Assembly: GCA_002269645.1 (NCBI GenBank)
Contig: NIVC01000513.1
Coordinates: 372,001-436,000 of the forward strand
From: Macrostomum lignano
Lineage: Eukaryota
Direction: 5' to 3'
DNA length: 64,000 nt
Made by a program: the position numbers and the translations under genes. Below are positions 39,144 through 51,027 of this stretch, one piece after another. Every line of letters begins with the position of its first letter. Positions within the stretch are counted from its first letter, which is position 1. Below the pieces are notes generated by a model, which saw only the letters and a list, made by a program, of their open reading frames with translations, was not told the origin of the DNA and made no database searches.

Positions 39144-40227
39144 TGATGTGTTCCTTGTTACCTGACTTCGGTAATCAAAGAACAATCACTTCTAGCTCTT
39201 TAGCTAGGCAACCCAGTAATTCAAACATTCAAGCATTCAATTACCTTGACTTCTTATGAGATATCTCTCCTTCTTTGAGTCCTTCGTAGATCTCGTGTAG
39301 ATCTCGATCTGTAGCTCAGGCCTGAATTCGACTCGACTTGTGGTCCTGGTCCGAGTTTCTTTTTCTTCTTTTGCCGGTCGGTATCTGTCGTTCGGACCAA
39401 TAAGAAGCTTCCAACTTAACAATGGGTACCTTGCGCCAAACTGCGGTTTAATATAAGCCTACTCCTTCTAGCAGTGCCTCTATGCACTCTAGGTATAGCT
39501 CCGGAAACCACTGATAGTCTTCTAAGATCTATCAGGGGCAGTCCTTCTGGAGACTGCAACCAGTAGAGTCTAAACAGACTCAGGAGTCTCAACAGACTCA
39601 AACTAAACTCCAACGAGACGTCTCAAAACACAGGCGCAAATGAGTAAGGCAAGAACTCGACGAGTCTTCTGTAGGAAGTCCTGTAGTGGCTTCATCTTCG
39701 GAGCTCTTCTACTTCCGGAGGAATTGTTGGCTCTGAGTCCGTTCCGGACCACTTGTATTTATAGGCGTTCAGACCTCTCTCGAGGTCGTACATCACTGTC
39801 TTCGCAAATGTCAAAGGGTCACGATTCGGTGGCTGTCAAGCATGACGGTAGAAAGTTGCGCAACTAGTCTACTGTACAAGCGCATGATTGGTTACCGTAG
39901 CTGGTAGACTTTGATTGGTTCATCCGGGTGCAACCCGAGTGCAAACCAAATGATGACTTGAAGGTGGGGTTTGAATTGACAGTTGTTTGTCGCAGTGATT
40001 GGGTGATTTCTAAAATTAGCATGCTCGAGATTTCTCTCTTTCTATTGGTTAATTCGAATATATGTATGGTTCAGCGCATATCCTTATACATGCTCCTCAA
40101 ATTACTATTTAAGTAGTACGTTAACAATTTTAAATAACTTTTCTGGGAGATATAATACTCTACACTAGACCGAAAAAGGTGGTTAGTTCCTTTCTTGCTT
40201 GTAGATGTGACGGCATATCCTGTAACA
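39144..40227 (-). mobile_element. Solo-LTR-like repeat (copy 2)
   Basis: TGATGTG...TGTAACA ends. The first ~620 bp align by eye to 22251-22890, including TATAAATACAAG on the minus strand. ttcta flanks both sides, with a 1-nt offset on the left. Confidence 0.55.
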
Positions 40228-40309
40228 TTCTAATATCTAATATCTAATACAAATGCATTGGGAGTCTATCATATCGCTGTCCAAATCTCCGGTGTTAACG
40301 ATGTCCTTC

Positions 40310-40480
40310 GCGTGTCAGCGGTGTCATCGTCCTGCGACGGCTGCGAGTCAGCGGTGTTATTGTCCTGCATGTCGGCGGTGTCATTGTCCTGCGTGTCGGC
40401 GGTGTCATTGTCCTGAATGTCGGCGGTGTCATTGTCCTGCGTGTCGGCGGTTTCATCGTCCTGTGTGTTGGCGGTGTCGT
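40310..40480. repeat. 24-bp tandem repeat (gtcggcggtgtcattgtcctgcgt)
   Basis: Visible, about 7 copies; reads TADTQDND on the minus strand. Confidence 0.85.
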
Positions 40481-42077
40481 TAAAATCTGGAGTACCGCTG
40501 CTCTGGGTGTCAGTGAATCTACTGCCGAGCCGCAAATGAACCAGCAGGCGCATCAGAGCGACAATTTTTTTGTGTTTTATGACAGTTGAAATAATATAAG
40601 CAGGATAGGAAATTGAGGAATGTCTGATAATCTAAGGTGTCTAAGTTGCATCGTCTAGTGGAAACCTATGAGGGCTATAAAATGACTACATTGTTACATG
40701 TTAAACTTTACTATGTCATTATGTTAGCTTAGTGACTGTGATTCACACAGTTAATACGCTATTGCCAGGGTGCTTTTCATTAACCACACTACCATACAGC
40801 TATCAAAGATAATCGAAATTATATTGTGAAAGAACAAATGCTGCAACAGCGACTGCAAAACAAAGACAAATTTAATGAACATGTAAAAAATAATGTGATA
40901 CTATTTAAACACCAGTAACACACAGAACGAGGAAAATTTTAACTACGATTGAACTAGAACATCATCGGAAATAGACAAAAGTAAAAAAAATTATTATTAA
41001 ATGACAGATAGCAGAGGCACACCTGAACTGTGTTAACTTACTGTGACAAAATAAAATTTGATTTCAAAGGCAGTCTATCATTGCGATCAAAATATCAAAC
41101 CTACTCCATAGCCTGTTTGCTACCTTTGCTATCGAAATTTTCAAAGCAAACATCGTGTATGCAGCAATTGTTATTGTGTTATACTTGTGTTATATATATA
41201 TTCTCAATAGACAAAAATATTAAGAAAAGCATTAAATAACAGCGGACCATTCGCCGACTTTAGTTAAGTTACATTAGAACAATTCGCACTTTAAGTATTC
41301 AAGCAGAAACAACCGCATCCGAAACTTTCTTTTGACGCCTTTTGTCTTCCCTTGCTAGCTGATTGAGGTTTTTTTCATGTCCGCCCAAAGCGGAAAAAAG
41401 CGATCCGCTGGTAACTGCACTTACGCTTAATTTCACAAATATCCGCCTCTGGAGCCACCCCAGTGGCACCGATATTATCGGAAGAAGATGTACCAATTGG
41501 GACCGATAATATCGGCTTGCGAGCATGTCGTATGTCAAGACGACACGCTTTCTACCCGATAATATCATACTGAGCTATGCATTTAAATAGCATAGGGGCC
41601 TAGTATATTATACCGGAGTAGAATGCATGATGGGGCTTCTGGGACAAAATTTTTCACGTCCTCCACAATCCTTTTAAATCCATCTATATTATCCCTGACA
41701 GAATCAGAAAAAAGGGGGGTCGCACTCGCTCACAAAACGTCCTCCATAATCCCATTAAATCCATCCATATTATCCCCGACAGAATCAGAGCATAACAGGT
41801 GTCGCACTTGCTCCGAAAACTTCGAACATAATCCCATTAAATCCATCCATATTATTCCTGAATCAGAGGTTCACACTTGTTCCGAAAACTTCGAACATAA
41901 TCCTCCTAACCTATCCTCCTTCCTCCACGACAGAATCAGAGCATAACATAATCCTTTCCTTTGACATCCACCCATAGCATCTTCGAAACAATCAGAAAAG
42001 AATCTGCATTCTTCTCCCCACATTCAATTTGCAACGCGAAACCAGATCCCTAAGACTTTAAATCATCAGCGCAGGGT

Positions 42078-44675
42078 CCTTACCCTTTGAAAAAAATTAA
42101 ATTCGCTCGTAAAAATGTTTCCAATCGTCTCTCCAGGTTCTTATTACAAAGCGCACGAGCCTAATTACAGGAGTAAGTACCAATGCAAACTAGAATGCAG
42201 TGAGTACATGAGAAAATATTGGCCCGGCGTTGATATCAATGTCCCTAATATTAATCTAGCTCTCCAAAGACACTGGCTCTTAAGTATGGAGTAACCCACG
42301 TAAAAGATTACGACAGCTACTATAACTTTGCAGAAATCATTAGACAATTGCGTTAAAAATCTCAAGCCGAAACTCAGTATTTGTCATGAGGGAAGTTCTG
42401 GGACAAAAGAGAATAAACCCCCCACAGATAAACATCTAGTAAAATCTATCTATACATAATGCTCTTACGTTTAAAATTAGCTATCCTAGTGCAATACTTA
42501 CAACCACTCATCTAAGGGGGATAACATCAGTCTACCACCCCTCCCCTTCCTAGGACAGCAAAAAAATCAACATAATCTAAGGGCGAAAAGTAGCGGTATT
42601 CTCACTTAAGTTACAGGACTTATAATTAATAGTATGCAGCCAAAAAAACTGAAAGGCCAAAATCGTTTGCATTCTGGCCTTCGCTCAACACTGAATTCTT
42701 CCTCGTCTGGGCTCAGTTAAAGTGAAAATCTCCCCCACGCGCGCTGCACCCACACACATACACTCCTCTCTCCCCCACACACGAGACGCCCGCGCCCACA
42801 ACCTGTGAGAATGGGGTAAGAGATTTTGAGTACACATGCGCGCATTTTTTCATACCACTCTATACTCTATTCTCGGCAAGCATACTTAAAAGGGGAACGC
42901 ATTTTCTCACATTCTCTCAATGATCAACGTCAGTACAAACTATTCACCGTTGAAATCAACACCCACCCCCATCAGAGCATAACAGAGGTAGTTAAGTAGT
43001 GGTTTTTGGTAAGATCATGCTAGCTTTTTATGGTAATTATGTCACAAAGTAAAAAGAAGACTTATCAATAGTATATGTCTTGTCTCCAACAAACAAAAAG
43101 TTGCTCTTCATGTTGGAGGCCAGCAGAACATAGTTCAGAAGATGTTTTGCCATCTTTATTTTCCTATTAAAGCAGGAAAAAGAGAAGGGCTCATTTTTTA
43201 CAGCCTTGAATCGCTGTTTCAACAGAATAGTTCTTAATCAGTTCTTCTACTTGTCCAGTCGTCACAGTCCGACATATGGGACAGGGAATGCTATTTGCCT
43301 CCGCATTGTATATGCGATCAAGACAGTTGCGACAGAAAGTGTGGCCGCAGACTAGCAGTCGGGAGTCGGCGAGCCAGTCGAGGCAAACGCTACACTCGAG
43401 TCCTTCTGGGATATTCTCTGATCTCGTTCTGTCCAACTCTTTTTGTTTCACACGCCTTTTTTCTGAGAAATGAGAAAGAAGAGTTGTAAGAAATGAAACA
43501 ATGCTATAAATAAGAAAATAAAAAGTTTCAGACAAATGCACAGATAAAGGTACACCGATTTGAGTCTTACCTCTACTGACTTAAAGAAATCACTGTTTCT
43601 TTTCAGAGACGATCCGTTCCAATGTTGGAAAAACTCTAAAGGGATATTTTTCAAATCACTCTCTCGATAAAGTAATTAAACCTTTCTTTTTCCTTGCTTC
43701 AATTTGGATTCAAGTTCTTTTAATCGTTTCTCTTCTGTAGCTGGCGAGGGAATATATGTTAGTAAAGAGGTCTGGGCGGTTTATGCTTCTGGTTTAATAT
43801 AGCCAGCCGGGGTGAGGGTTTTGAGGGTTTGTTCGGTGGGGAGAGAGATTTAGCCGAAGCCAGCTTAATCAGCCAGAGCAACGAGTTTAGATAAAGTGGG
43901 GGTTGGGCTGTGGGCGTGGGGGGGGGATAGAGATTTAGCCGAAGCCAGCTTAGGATCCTAAATTCTTTAGGATTTTAGGATTTTGGCCTTACCCGAGGCC
44001 AGATCGAAGAGGATTTTGGCCTCGACTTTTCAAATGCAGCGGTCGCATTTGGTCAGGGCTGAGAATAATAAAAGTCTAATAAATTCAAAAGTCTTCTCAG
44101 TTCCTTGTTAGGAGCGCACAAAATAAACCCTGCTCCCGAGCCTCCGCCCTCTCTCCCCATGCACCAGATCTCTCTTCCCCAACACCCACCCTCGCCGCCA
44201 ACCCCCAACCCCAACTTTTCCTTACCAAAATAACAGCTTTAACTAGCTTCCGAGCGATCGATTCCCTCCACCCGCTTGAAGTCCCATATTGTCTAATCTC
44301 CTAAGCATTTCTTTGTCTCAGCGATTCTTCTCCTCTGGAAAATCCTTATACTTAACGTCGTGCCACATGCAGACAGAGTCTAGCTCGTTCACAGGCTCAT
44401 GCCCAGGGTTTGGATTATTGTTTTTATCTAACTAAATTTCAAGTGGATTCAAAGGCCCGCAATTCCGGCTACAAAGGATTCGTAGCCAGGAATTGTCCAG
44501 CCTTTGTTTGGATGAGGAAGCTTTTCAATTAATCCATGTGAATCTAAGTTACCACCATAGCGTTGCATTATTTATTTAAAATTTTCTTTTTAATAAATGG
44601 GAGAAGAAAAACAAATCTATCTACTATAGTGACAAATGATTCTTTGTAGGCAAAAATGCAGTCGCCAAACTCGCA
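42078..44675 (+). repeat. ~2.6-kb block duplicated at 61421-64000
   Basis: Near-identical sequence from ccttaccctt to gtcgccaaactcgca, with a few indels (e.g. ~41 bp at 43014-43055 absent in copy 2). Confidence 0.97.
43191..43462 (-). CDS. C3HC4 RING-finger coding exon (copy 1); gene probably disrupted
   Basis: CSVCLDWLADSRLLVCGHTFCRNCL...PCPICR. Acceptor TTCTCAG at 43463; the nearest upstream donor (~43550) is out of phase. Confidence 0.8.
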
Positions 44676-44900
44676 GAACTAAGTAATGAATCAAAACAAA
44701 CAGTTGAAAGATGGCTCTCTAAGCAAGCAGTCTACAAAGTCTATTTCCCACCAGTAAAATTTGAAAGGCCCCATTTCAGTATTTATAAACCTAATGAGGC
44801 GCACCAAGCAGATCTTCTGTTTCTCCCCAATGACTCAGGCTACAAGTATGTTCCCACAGTTATAGACATCGCCTCCAGATATTAGGAAGCGAGACCACTT
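44597..44900 (+). pseudogene. Maverick-type rve integrase, N-terminal fragment
   Basis: ...VERWLSKQAVYKVYFPP..FERPHF...PNEAHQADLLFLPNDSGYKYVPTVIDIASRY*EARPL, the Polinton/adintovirus integrase pattern. Two stops; cut off at a TTAA. Confidence 0.85.
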
Positions 44901-44902
44901 AA

Positions 44903-46997
44903 CCCCGAGGATGCGGGTGGCCTGCTCTGCAGGCCATAGCTAATGGTCTATGGCTTGCGAATTATTTGAATGCTGTTTCGAAAATAAGTTTGCATAACCG
45001 TAGCTTGTGGCTCAGCAGGCCATGCCTATTTTTGTATACAGAAAACATTTGTGAATCACTGTCAACGAGTTTTTCTATCTGATAAAGTATTTTTAATAAG
45101 AAACAGTAAAAATCAAGAAGATAAATTGCTATAACGTATAAACAATGTTTAACAGCTAAACAACAACAATAACATAACCTGTTTATAACCAGATGGAATA
45201 TTGGGTATAGCTTCGGTTTCTCGCTCTAAATTATTTTCTTGATTTTCAGAAATTAATACTTTAATACTTTTAAACCTGCGTTACTGATTATTTTCCGGCC
45301 TTTCCAGATTTGGAATTCAGAAACCTGCTTCATTTTCCTGCTTTGGAGTTTGGACTATTACATTGTGTCACTATTGACTTTTTACTTGCTTCTTTTACAT
45401 TTGTCTTTTACAGCCTGTCGACACCACCCATAAATCTGTTGCACGACACAACTGTCTGTTGCTTCTGCTGGATGACCAGTTCGTTTCGCACGATTCGGTG
45501 AACAGGGTGAAGTTGGGCTACGCCTTGCGTGTCAAGGAAGTAAACTTTCTTTAGGCCCGAGCTCTTCCTGTCAATTATTTTCAACGCTAGCACGTTTCCT
45601 TTGCGCATAAACATGTAGCTTGGAGCTTGGTTTCCCTGGATACCACGAAGGCCATCTGGGACAACGCGATAGGCGCGAACTGTGCATGTCAGCATGGTGC
45701 TCCGCTGCAGCAGATACATCGCAAGATGATAAGATCCGAACCAGCTATCGCAAAAGACGTGATAACCTAAATTCAATACGTACCTAACTGCCTCCACCAG
45801 GACTTTCTCACTCAGAGACAGCCCCCCCCCCACCCGAGACCTGGACCGAATCGCTCATTCTCAGCTCTACTAAAGTGCACTAAGAAGTTGCTCACGTAAC
45901 CGGATCTAGCTTCGCAAAGACAATACAATTTGATGCAATATCGCGCTTTCTTGTATGGAATATATTGACGAAACATGACGCGACCCCTGAACAGAACAAG
46001 CTCTTCGTCGACACTAATTTTTTTTTCTGGCATGTACACATTGCGACATATCTCAGCTACACGCGTAATAAATGGTCTTGCCTTTGCTAGCGGGTCGTTT
46101 CCATCGAAGTGTTTGCAGTCATATAAGCGCAGCTGGCTACTGATCTGTTGGTACCTGTCCCTTGTCAGGCGAGCGAGTTGTTGGAAGAAAGGTGTTGCGT
46201 AAAAATCATCTTTGCTCCAATAGTTGGCGATCTCGAGCTTTTTACGAGCTCGTAACTAACTCGTAACTTTTTTTCTCGAGCTCGTAACTATTCCCATGTA
46301 AAGCGACATGGCGACAAATTTCTTCATCTCGTCCACGGTCACGTCTTTCCACGCAGAGAACCTTTGAGGCAAGTTTGGCATCGATGCTTGTAGCTCTTCG
46401 AATTTGCGCCACGCCTGCGCATCGGTCCAAGCGCAGAGCTGTTGCAGTAGGTCAGCAATCAGAAACAGCTTGAAAAACGCAGCTGGATCGTCATCGGCAG
46501 TCTCTGGCCTCGGTAAGTCAGGATCCATACCAGGCATTCCCAAGAATTCGGCTCTGCATCTGGCCATTGATCCTGCCCAGCTTCCCGTGCCACCCAAGCA
46601 TCATTTGGTAAGCCTCCGGCGTCTTCATTTGGCTGGAGATGCAGGTCCCCCTCTTCTTCATCTTCACCCTCATCCGCTGTTAGCCAGCCTTCCTCCTCTA
46701 GTTCGGAGTCGGTATCTGGATCAAAATGCACTTGAGCAGCCCTGACAAACACTCCGATACTTGGAAACTATTGCACTAAATGAAGCTGCTGATCGATGAT
46801 TCAATTAACTAATTGGCACTTGACTTCTATCATGTAGCTTCAAGCTTTCTTGATTTGATGAATCCCACAATTTTACTGTGTCATTTATACCCACCCACCC
46901 GTCCATCCACCCCACTCCACTTTGTTTTTTGCTTTCATGTTTATCCTTTATTGCTACGAGTATAAGCTAATCCACCTGCTATCGCAGGCTACGGGGG
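44903..46997 (-). mobile_element. piggyBac DNA transposon, decayed
   Basis: Starts TTAA|CCCC at 44899-44906 and has a degenerate GGGG end at ~46997; transposase remnants inside. Confidence 0.8.
45408..46752 (-). pseudogene. piggyBac transposase (DDE_Tnp_1_7 type) pseudogene
   Basis: WKDVTVDEMKKFVAMSLYMG, ISVDEELVLFRGRVMFRQYIP.K..Y.IK, YHVFCDSWF, NRFMGGVDRL; frameshifts. Confidence 0.92.
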
Positions 46998-47029
46998 TGT
47001 AAAAAATATGCTGAAATAGTCTATTTCAG

Positions 47030-47095
47030 CCCTCGCCCCCCGCCTCGCCCTCGCCCTCCGCCTCGCCCTCGCACTCCGCCTCGCCCTCGCCCTGG
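47030..47095. repeat. Short (cctcgc)n tract
   Basis: Visible. Confidence 0.8.
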
Positions 47096-48382
47096 GCCCC
47101 TAAGCCGAAGCCAGTATTTCTGTAAAGTTCAAAAGTCGCAATTTAAGTTTTTTTAATAGGCGCGCAATTTGTTCTATCAAGATATTTCGGGTGAAGCGGG
47201 GATGGGACGTGAATAAGGTCTCTGATAGCAAGAACATTAGAACTAGAATTTGGTAATTGACCATTGAACTTAAAGTACGTGTAAGCACGAAATATAGCAA
47301 ATAAAAGTTCGTCTAAACACAAACTTCATGAAAAGCAACACTGTTTAGATAGGAATTTTTAGTATTTACGCATTCCTTTTTTCTGATCAACATGCGGACG
47401 TGGAAAAGCTAGGGAGTGAAAAATTACCTCTTCATCAAAGTTTCGCAAGCCGATTTCAGCGTCCGGAATATGAGATACAGAACGGAGCTTTCTTAAAACC
47501 CGTCGCTCCATTTTTGCCCACTTCAACCTTTATTTCGGCCTTAATTGAGTTCTTCAGCTCCGCAGCGACAGCAACCGCAATCGAAGCTGGATTGTACGAT
47601 GACACGTCAGGTTCGACATTTGCCAGAAGGCTTAACACCGCAGGAAAACACAGTCGGACTTGCCGCTTATTGCCTCAACTTAGAATACTCGGACACAGAT
47701 CTGACAGAGCTGAAACCACATTTAAAAGTATTTCACTGGGCCGCTGTGATCAAGGAGTAGAACTAGCGAATGAAGCTAATCTGCAGCGACAAGGCTAAAC
47801 TACAGCGGCTGCCCACAATGCGAGTCGAGTGAAAAAAGATTAGAACTATTACTATTACAAAATAATCATGTTGGTGCAGGTCCGCACAGAGGGCTGAAAC
47901 TATATCAGCAAACGTGGACAAATATTTGTCTGCTATTATTAGCTCTTCAAATAGTGAATACTCAATACTTTGTGGGAATGGTGGCTTGTATAATTGTTGT
48001 CGTCATTTTCTGCGATTATCGGCTCTAATAATGAAAAGCCATTGGTTTTGTGAAACCATCTTTTGAGTTTCAGTTAAATGAATAAACTGGCAGACAAAAA
48101 CATCTCTGGAATTAAAAATGGTCTTAATTCATTTGTTCTTGAAATTGAAAAAAAGAACTGAGACTGAATTACTGTCACTCTGAATGAGTGAGCTGAAATT
48201 TTATTAAAACGAGAGTAGCTACCTGCTGCAGCTTGTTGTTGAGTCTGACTGACTGACTTACTCGCGGGCTGTGGACAGACCGGCCGGCAAGCTGGCTGGC
48301 TGGCTGACGGTGGCTGTGAGGGCTGCGGAGCCAATAGGAGGTCGCTCAAAACCACTATAAAAGAAGGTATATTATTATTAAC

Positions 48383-48712
48383 ATGAGAAACCCATATAGC
48401 ATTATACGCTACATGCATGGAGACGTGCGGTCCATTCAGCATGAAATCAGTGATAATCTTTACCCTGCACTGCCACAAAATGGAGATTTCAGTCAGAACA
48501 AGATTAGCAAATTTTACAGCGAGTTGGTCGACTTGGCTGTGAAAGAGAACAACGGAATTGCTATCACTTGTCTTCAATATGGAACTCTATATCCGATGTT
48601 TGGCGCTGATGTGTCTGCCACACAAATGCCTACTGATAACAGCCCTGTGAATATCGTGACTAACATTGAGACGTGGACCTGTACATTATCTATGCATTTG
48701 AGAGGAAGGTGA
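48383..48712 (+). pseudogene. Possible major capsid protein C-terminal fragment
   Basis: LYPMFGADVSATQMPTDNSPVNI loosely resembles the C-terminal YP.F.FD.S motif of Polinton/adintovirus major capsid proteins. Lies directly upstream of the penton-like ORF. Confidence 0.35.
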
Positions 48713-48758
48713 AGCTTAACATGATCAACAATTCATCCAGTAAAGTTTAAATATTTTT

Positions 48759-49120
48759 GTGGGTGAAAAAATGGAAGCCATAGCCGAAAGACTAAACAAC
48801 ATTGTTTCACACTCTAAGGAGAGCATTCCTATTACAAAAACTGGGCGAATTAATGACTCAAACGGGATATTTGTTCAAAAATTAGAGCAGTCGATTCACC
48901 TGGATCCAGGTGCTAATTACCATGTCTATCTTAACGACTTCACCAGTTGGTCAAACGTTCCCAATGTGACGGCAGCAAATAATAAGTTTTATTACAAATG
49001 GAAAGGTGCAGCAGCAGAACCTGTGGTATTCCCTGTGAGCACGCAAAGTGTGGATACCTACAATTACTTTCTAGAAAACGTCTTTACTAAAAGAGGCCAT
49101 TTTGAGACACTTGAAGCCAT
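48759..49120 (+). pseudogene. Minor capsid (penton)-like protein, N-terminal fragment
   Basis: SIHLDPGANYHVYLNDFTSWSNVPNVTAANNKFYY fits the PI.LD...Y..L......S.PNI...NN.F.Y penton pattern of Polintons/adintoviruses. Truncated by the right TIR. Confidence 0.6.
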
Positions 49121-49546
49121 TTTGAGCAAGTGCGACCCCCCTTTTTTCTGATTCTGTCAGGGATAATATGGATGGATTTAATGGGATTATGGAGGACGTG
49201 AAAAATTTTGTCCCAGAAGCCCCCTCATGCCTTCTACTTTGTACATATCTTGTTTTTATCAAGTGTTGTGTCTGCACTCAATTTAATTTCATGCACCTCG
49301 TAGTATATTCCAACTTGCTTATATTATTAAAATGTTGTGTATGCACACATACGTTATCTACATGCACCTCGCGCGTTAGTATTCAAATAAATTGTTTGTA
49401 AAATTTGGACAGTTAATTGAATATGGTGTTGAGTTTTTACCATTTTTTCGAGTAATTATATTTAGAATGATATTTAGAACATTCTGTGTGTAAACACTGT
49501 GACTGATTATAACAAAAAACTTACCAATTCCAGCTACATCATCATC

Positions 49547-49800
49547 ATGGCTGCTTTAAAGGTGTCGCTGCTGACTGAAGGCCCGCCAGACGATCATTTC
49601 TATTGGCTATGATCTCTTTGCCTCTGAAGATGCTGTTGTCCGGGCCCGGTCGGTTGAGCAAGTGCCTCTCAAAATTTCAATCCAACCGCCTGATGGGACC
49701 TAAGCTCGGATTGCCGGCCGGTCTGGGCTGGCGTTGCGCAAGTCTATACAAGTGGGCGCCGGCGTGATCGACCTTGACTATTCTGGAGAATTGCAAGAGC
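49547..49800 (+). pseudogene. dut: dUTPase pseudogene
   Basis: One frame not in the ORF track reads GYDLF (motif 1), GT*ARIAGRSGLAL (motif 2) and VGAGVIDLDYSGE (motif 3). One stop, one frameshift and a truncated C-terminus. Confidence 0.85.
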
Positions 49801-50637
49801 AACCACCGCCCTGACAACGGCCATAAGAACGTGGCCCGTGACACTGAATCTGCTGGGTTTTCAGAATTCTGACGCAAAAAACGCAAATTAGACTACTATC
49901 TTAAAATGAAGTAAGTAGTATATGACAACGCTATCCTAAGCGTGATATACTTCAATATGTACTCGTATCTGTACAATCATCCCACATATGTACATTAATC
50001 CCCATCTATCTCAAATTATATATGTACATTGTCTACTTCCATATGTCTATCCTCAATTCTATATGTACATTGTCTACTTGTACAGTACATACGTCTACAT
50101 GTGCATTAATCTATCACAATTTCTATATGTACAGTGTCTTACATTAATCCCCAGACAACCCCGCTCTCTGTGTATCTGAATCGTCAAGATTACATGTACA
50201 ACTCGAAACACTACGTGTGTACAATTGTGCGGGGGCCGGGCGCGCGCCAGCTGTACAATCTCATCTACTACTAAATGAGTCAACTAATTGTATAGTTCGC
50301 TTCGTATATGTATAAACTATTTAGAAAGAAGATATATTTACATTAAATCAGTAGCATATTACAGGAAATAATTTATGTACAACATTACCAGCAAATAGAG
50401 TATACAGAAAATTTTACATTGTTTTTCAATAATTTTCTTTTTATAAATGATTTTAAACAAGTTTGACACGCAAAATATGTACAATAGATTTTTACATTGG
50501 CAATTTCACCGCATACAATACAAAAATTCTTTATGTACATTTGACATGCAAATTATTGTACAACAAAAAGATTTTACTCAAATAAATTTAGCAATACAAA
50601 AATTTACATTTAATAGTCAGTCGCAAGGACGACATTA

Positions 50638-51027
50638 TTATTTATAACCATAAGGCCTGCTGCAGGCACCGTACACACGTTTCGTCAGGACGCGTTTAAA
50701 GGTCTTGTCCATACTGATCGTATGAATGGTACAAGCCGCTTTGTCGCGCCTGAATTGAAACTGTGGCAGCTGCAGAGAGCCGCCGTGTAGCAGGGTGTTG
50801 CGCAGGTCGTCGCTGCGTTCCCGATCTCCGGAGTCAGGCGGATGCCCTTGCATTTCAGGACCTGGCTCCGGACACCGGCCGCATCCTCGACGATGTAAGT
50901 GTAGAGCTTGGGCCCCCCACTTACAAAGTCGGTCATCCGGCTGCCTGCAGGCACTTCTTCGGTCCACATTCCGAGGCTCGTGCCATGGGGCGGCTCCCAT
51001 TGGCCCTCGGAATGCCGGTAAACGACC
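50638..51027 (-). pseudogene. Last exon of a second Maverick pPolB
   Basis: Acceptor CCCCACACAG at 51028, then VVYRHSEGQWEPPHGTSLGMWTEE...FVSGGPKLY...LKCKGI...RPYGYK*. One frameshift near 50820. Confidence 0.88.

Larger units (their letters stand above)
41617..49237. mobile_element. Internally deleted Maverick/Polinton (adintovirus-like) element bounded by ~120-bp TIRs
   Basis: Left end AGTAGaatgcatgatggggcttctgggacaaaatttttcacgtcctcc... (41617-~41735) is inverse to ...tcccagaagcccctcatgccttCTACT (~49120-49237). Contains integrase, penton-like and capsid-like fragments. Flanks taccgg / ttgtac do not form a TSD. Confidence 0.75.

Noticed and set aside
47400-47798. 132-aa ORF inside the Maverick as a packaging ATPase or protease
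   Set aside because: No Walker A/B or adenain catalytic motifs are visible.
41611-49243. 6-bp target-site duplication for the TIR-bounded Maverick
   Set aside because: Flanks taccgg and ttgtac do not match.
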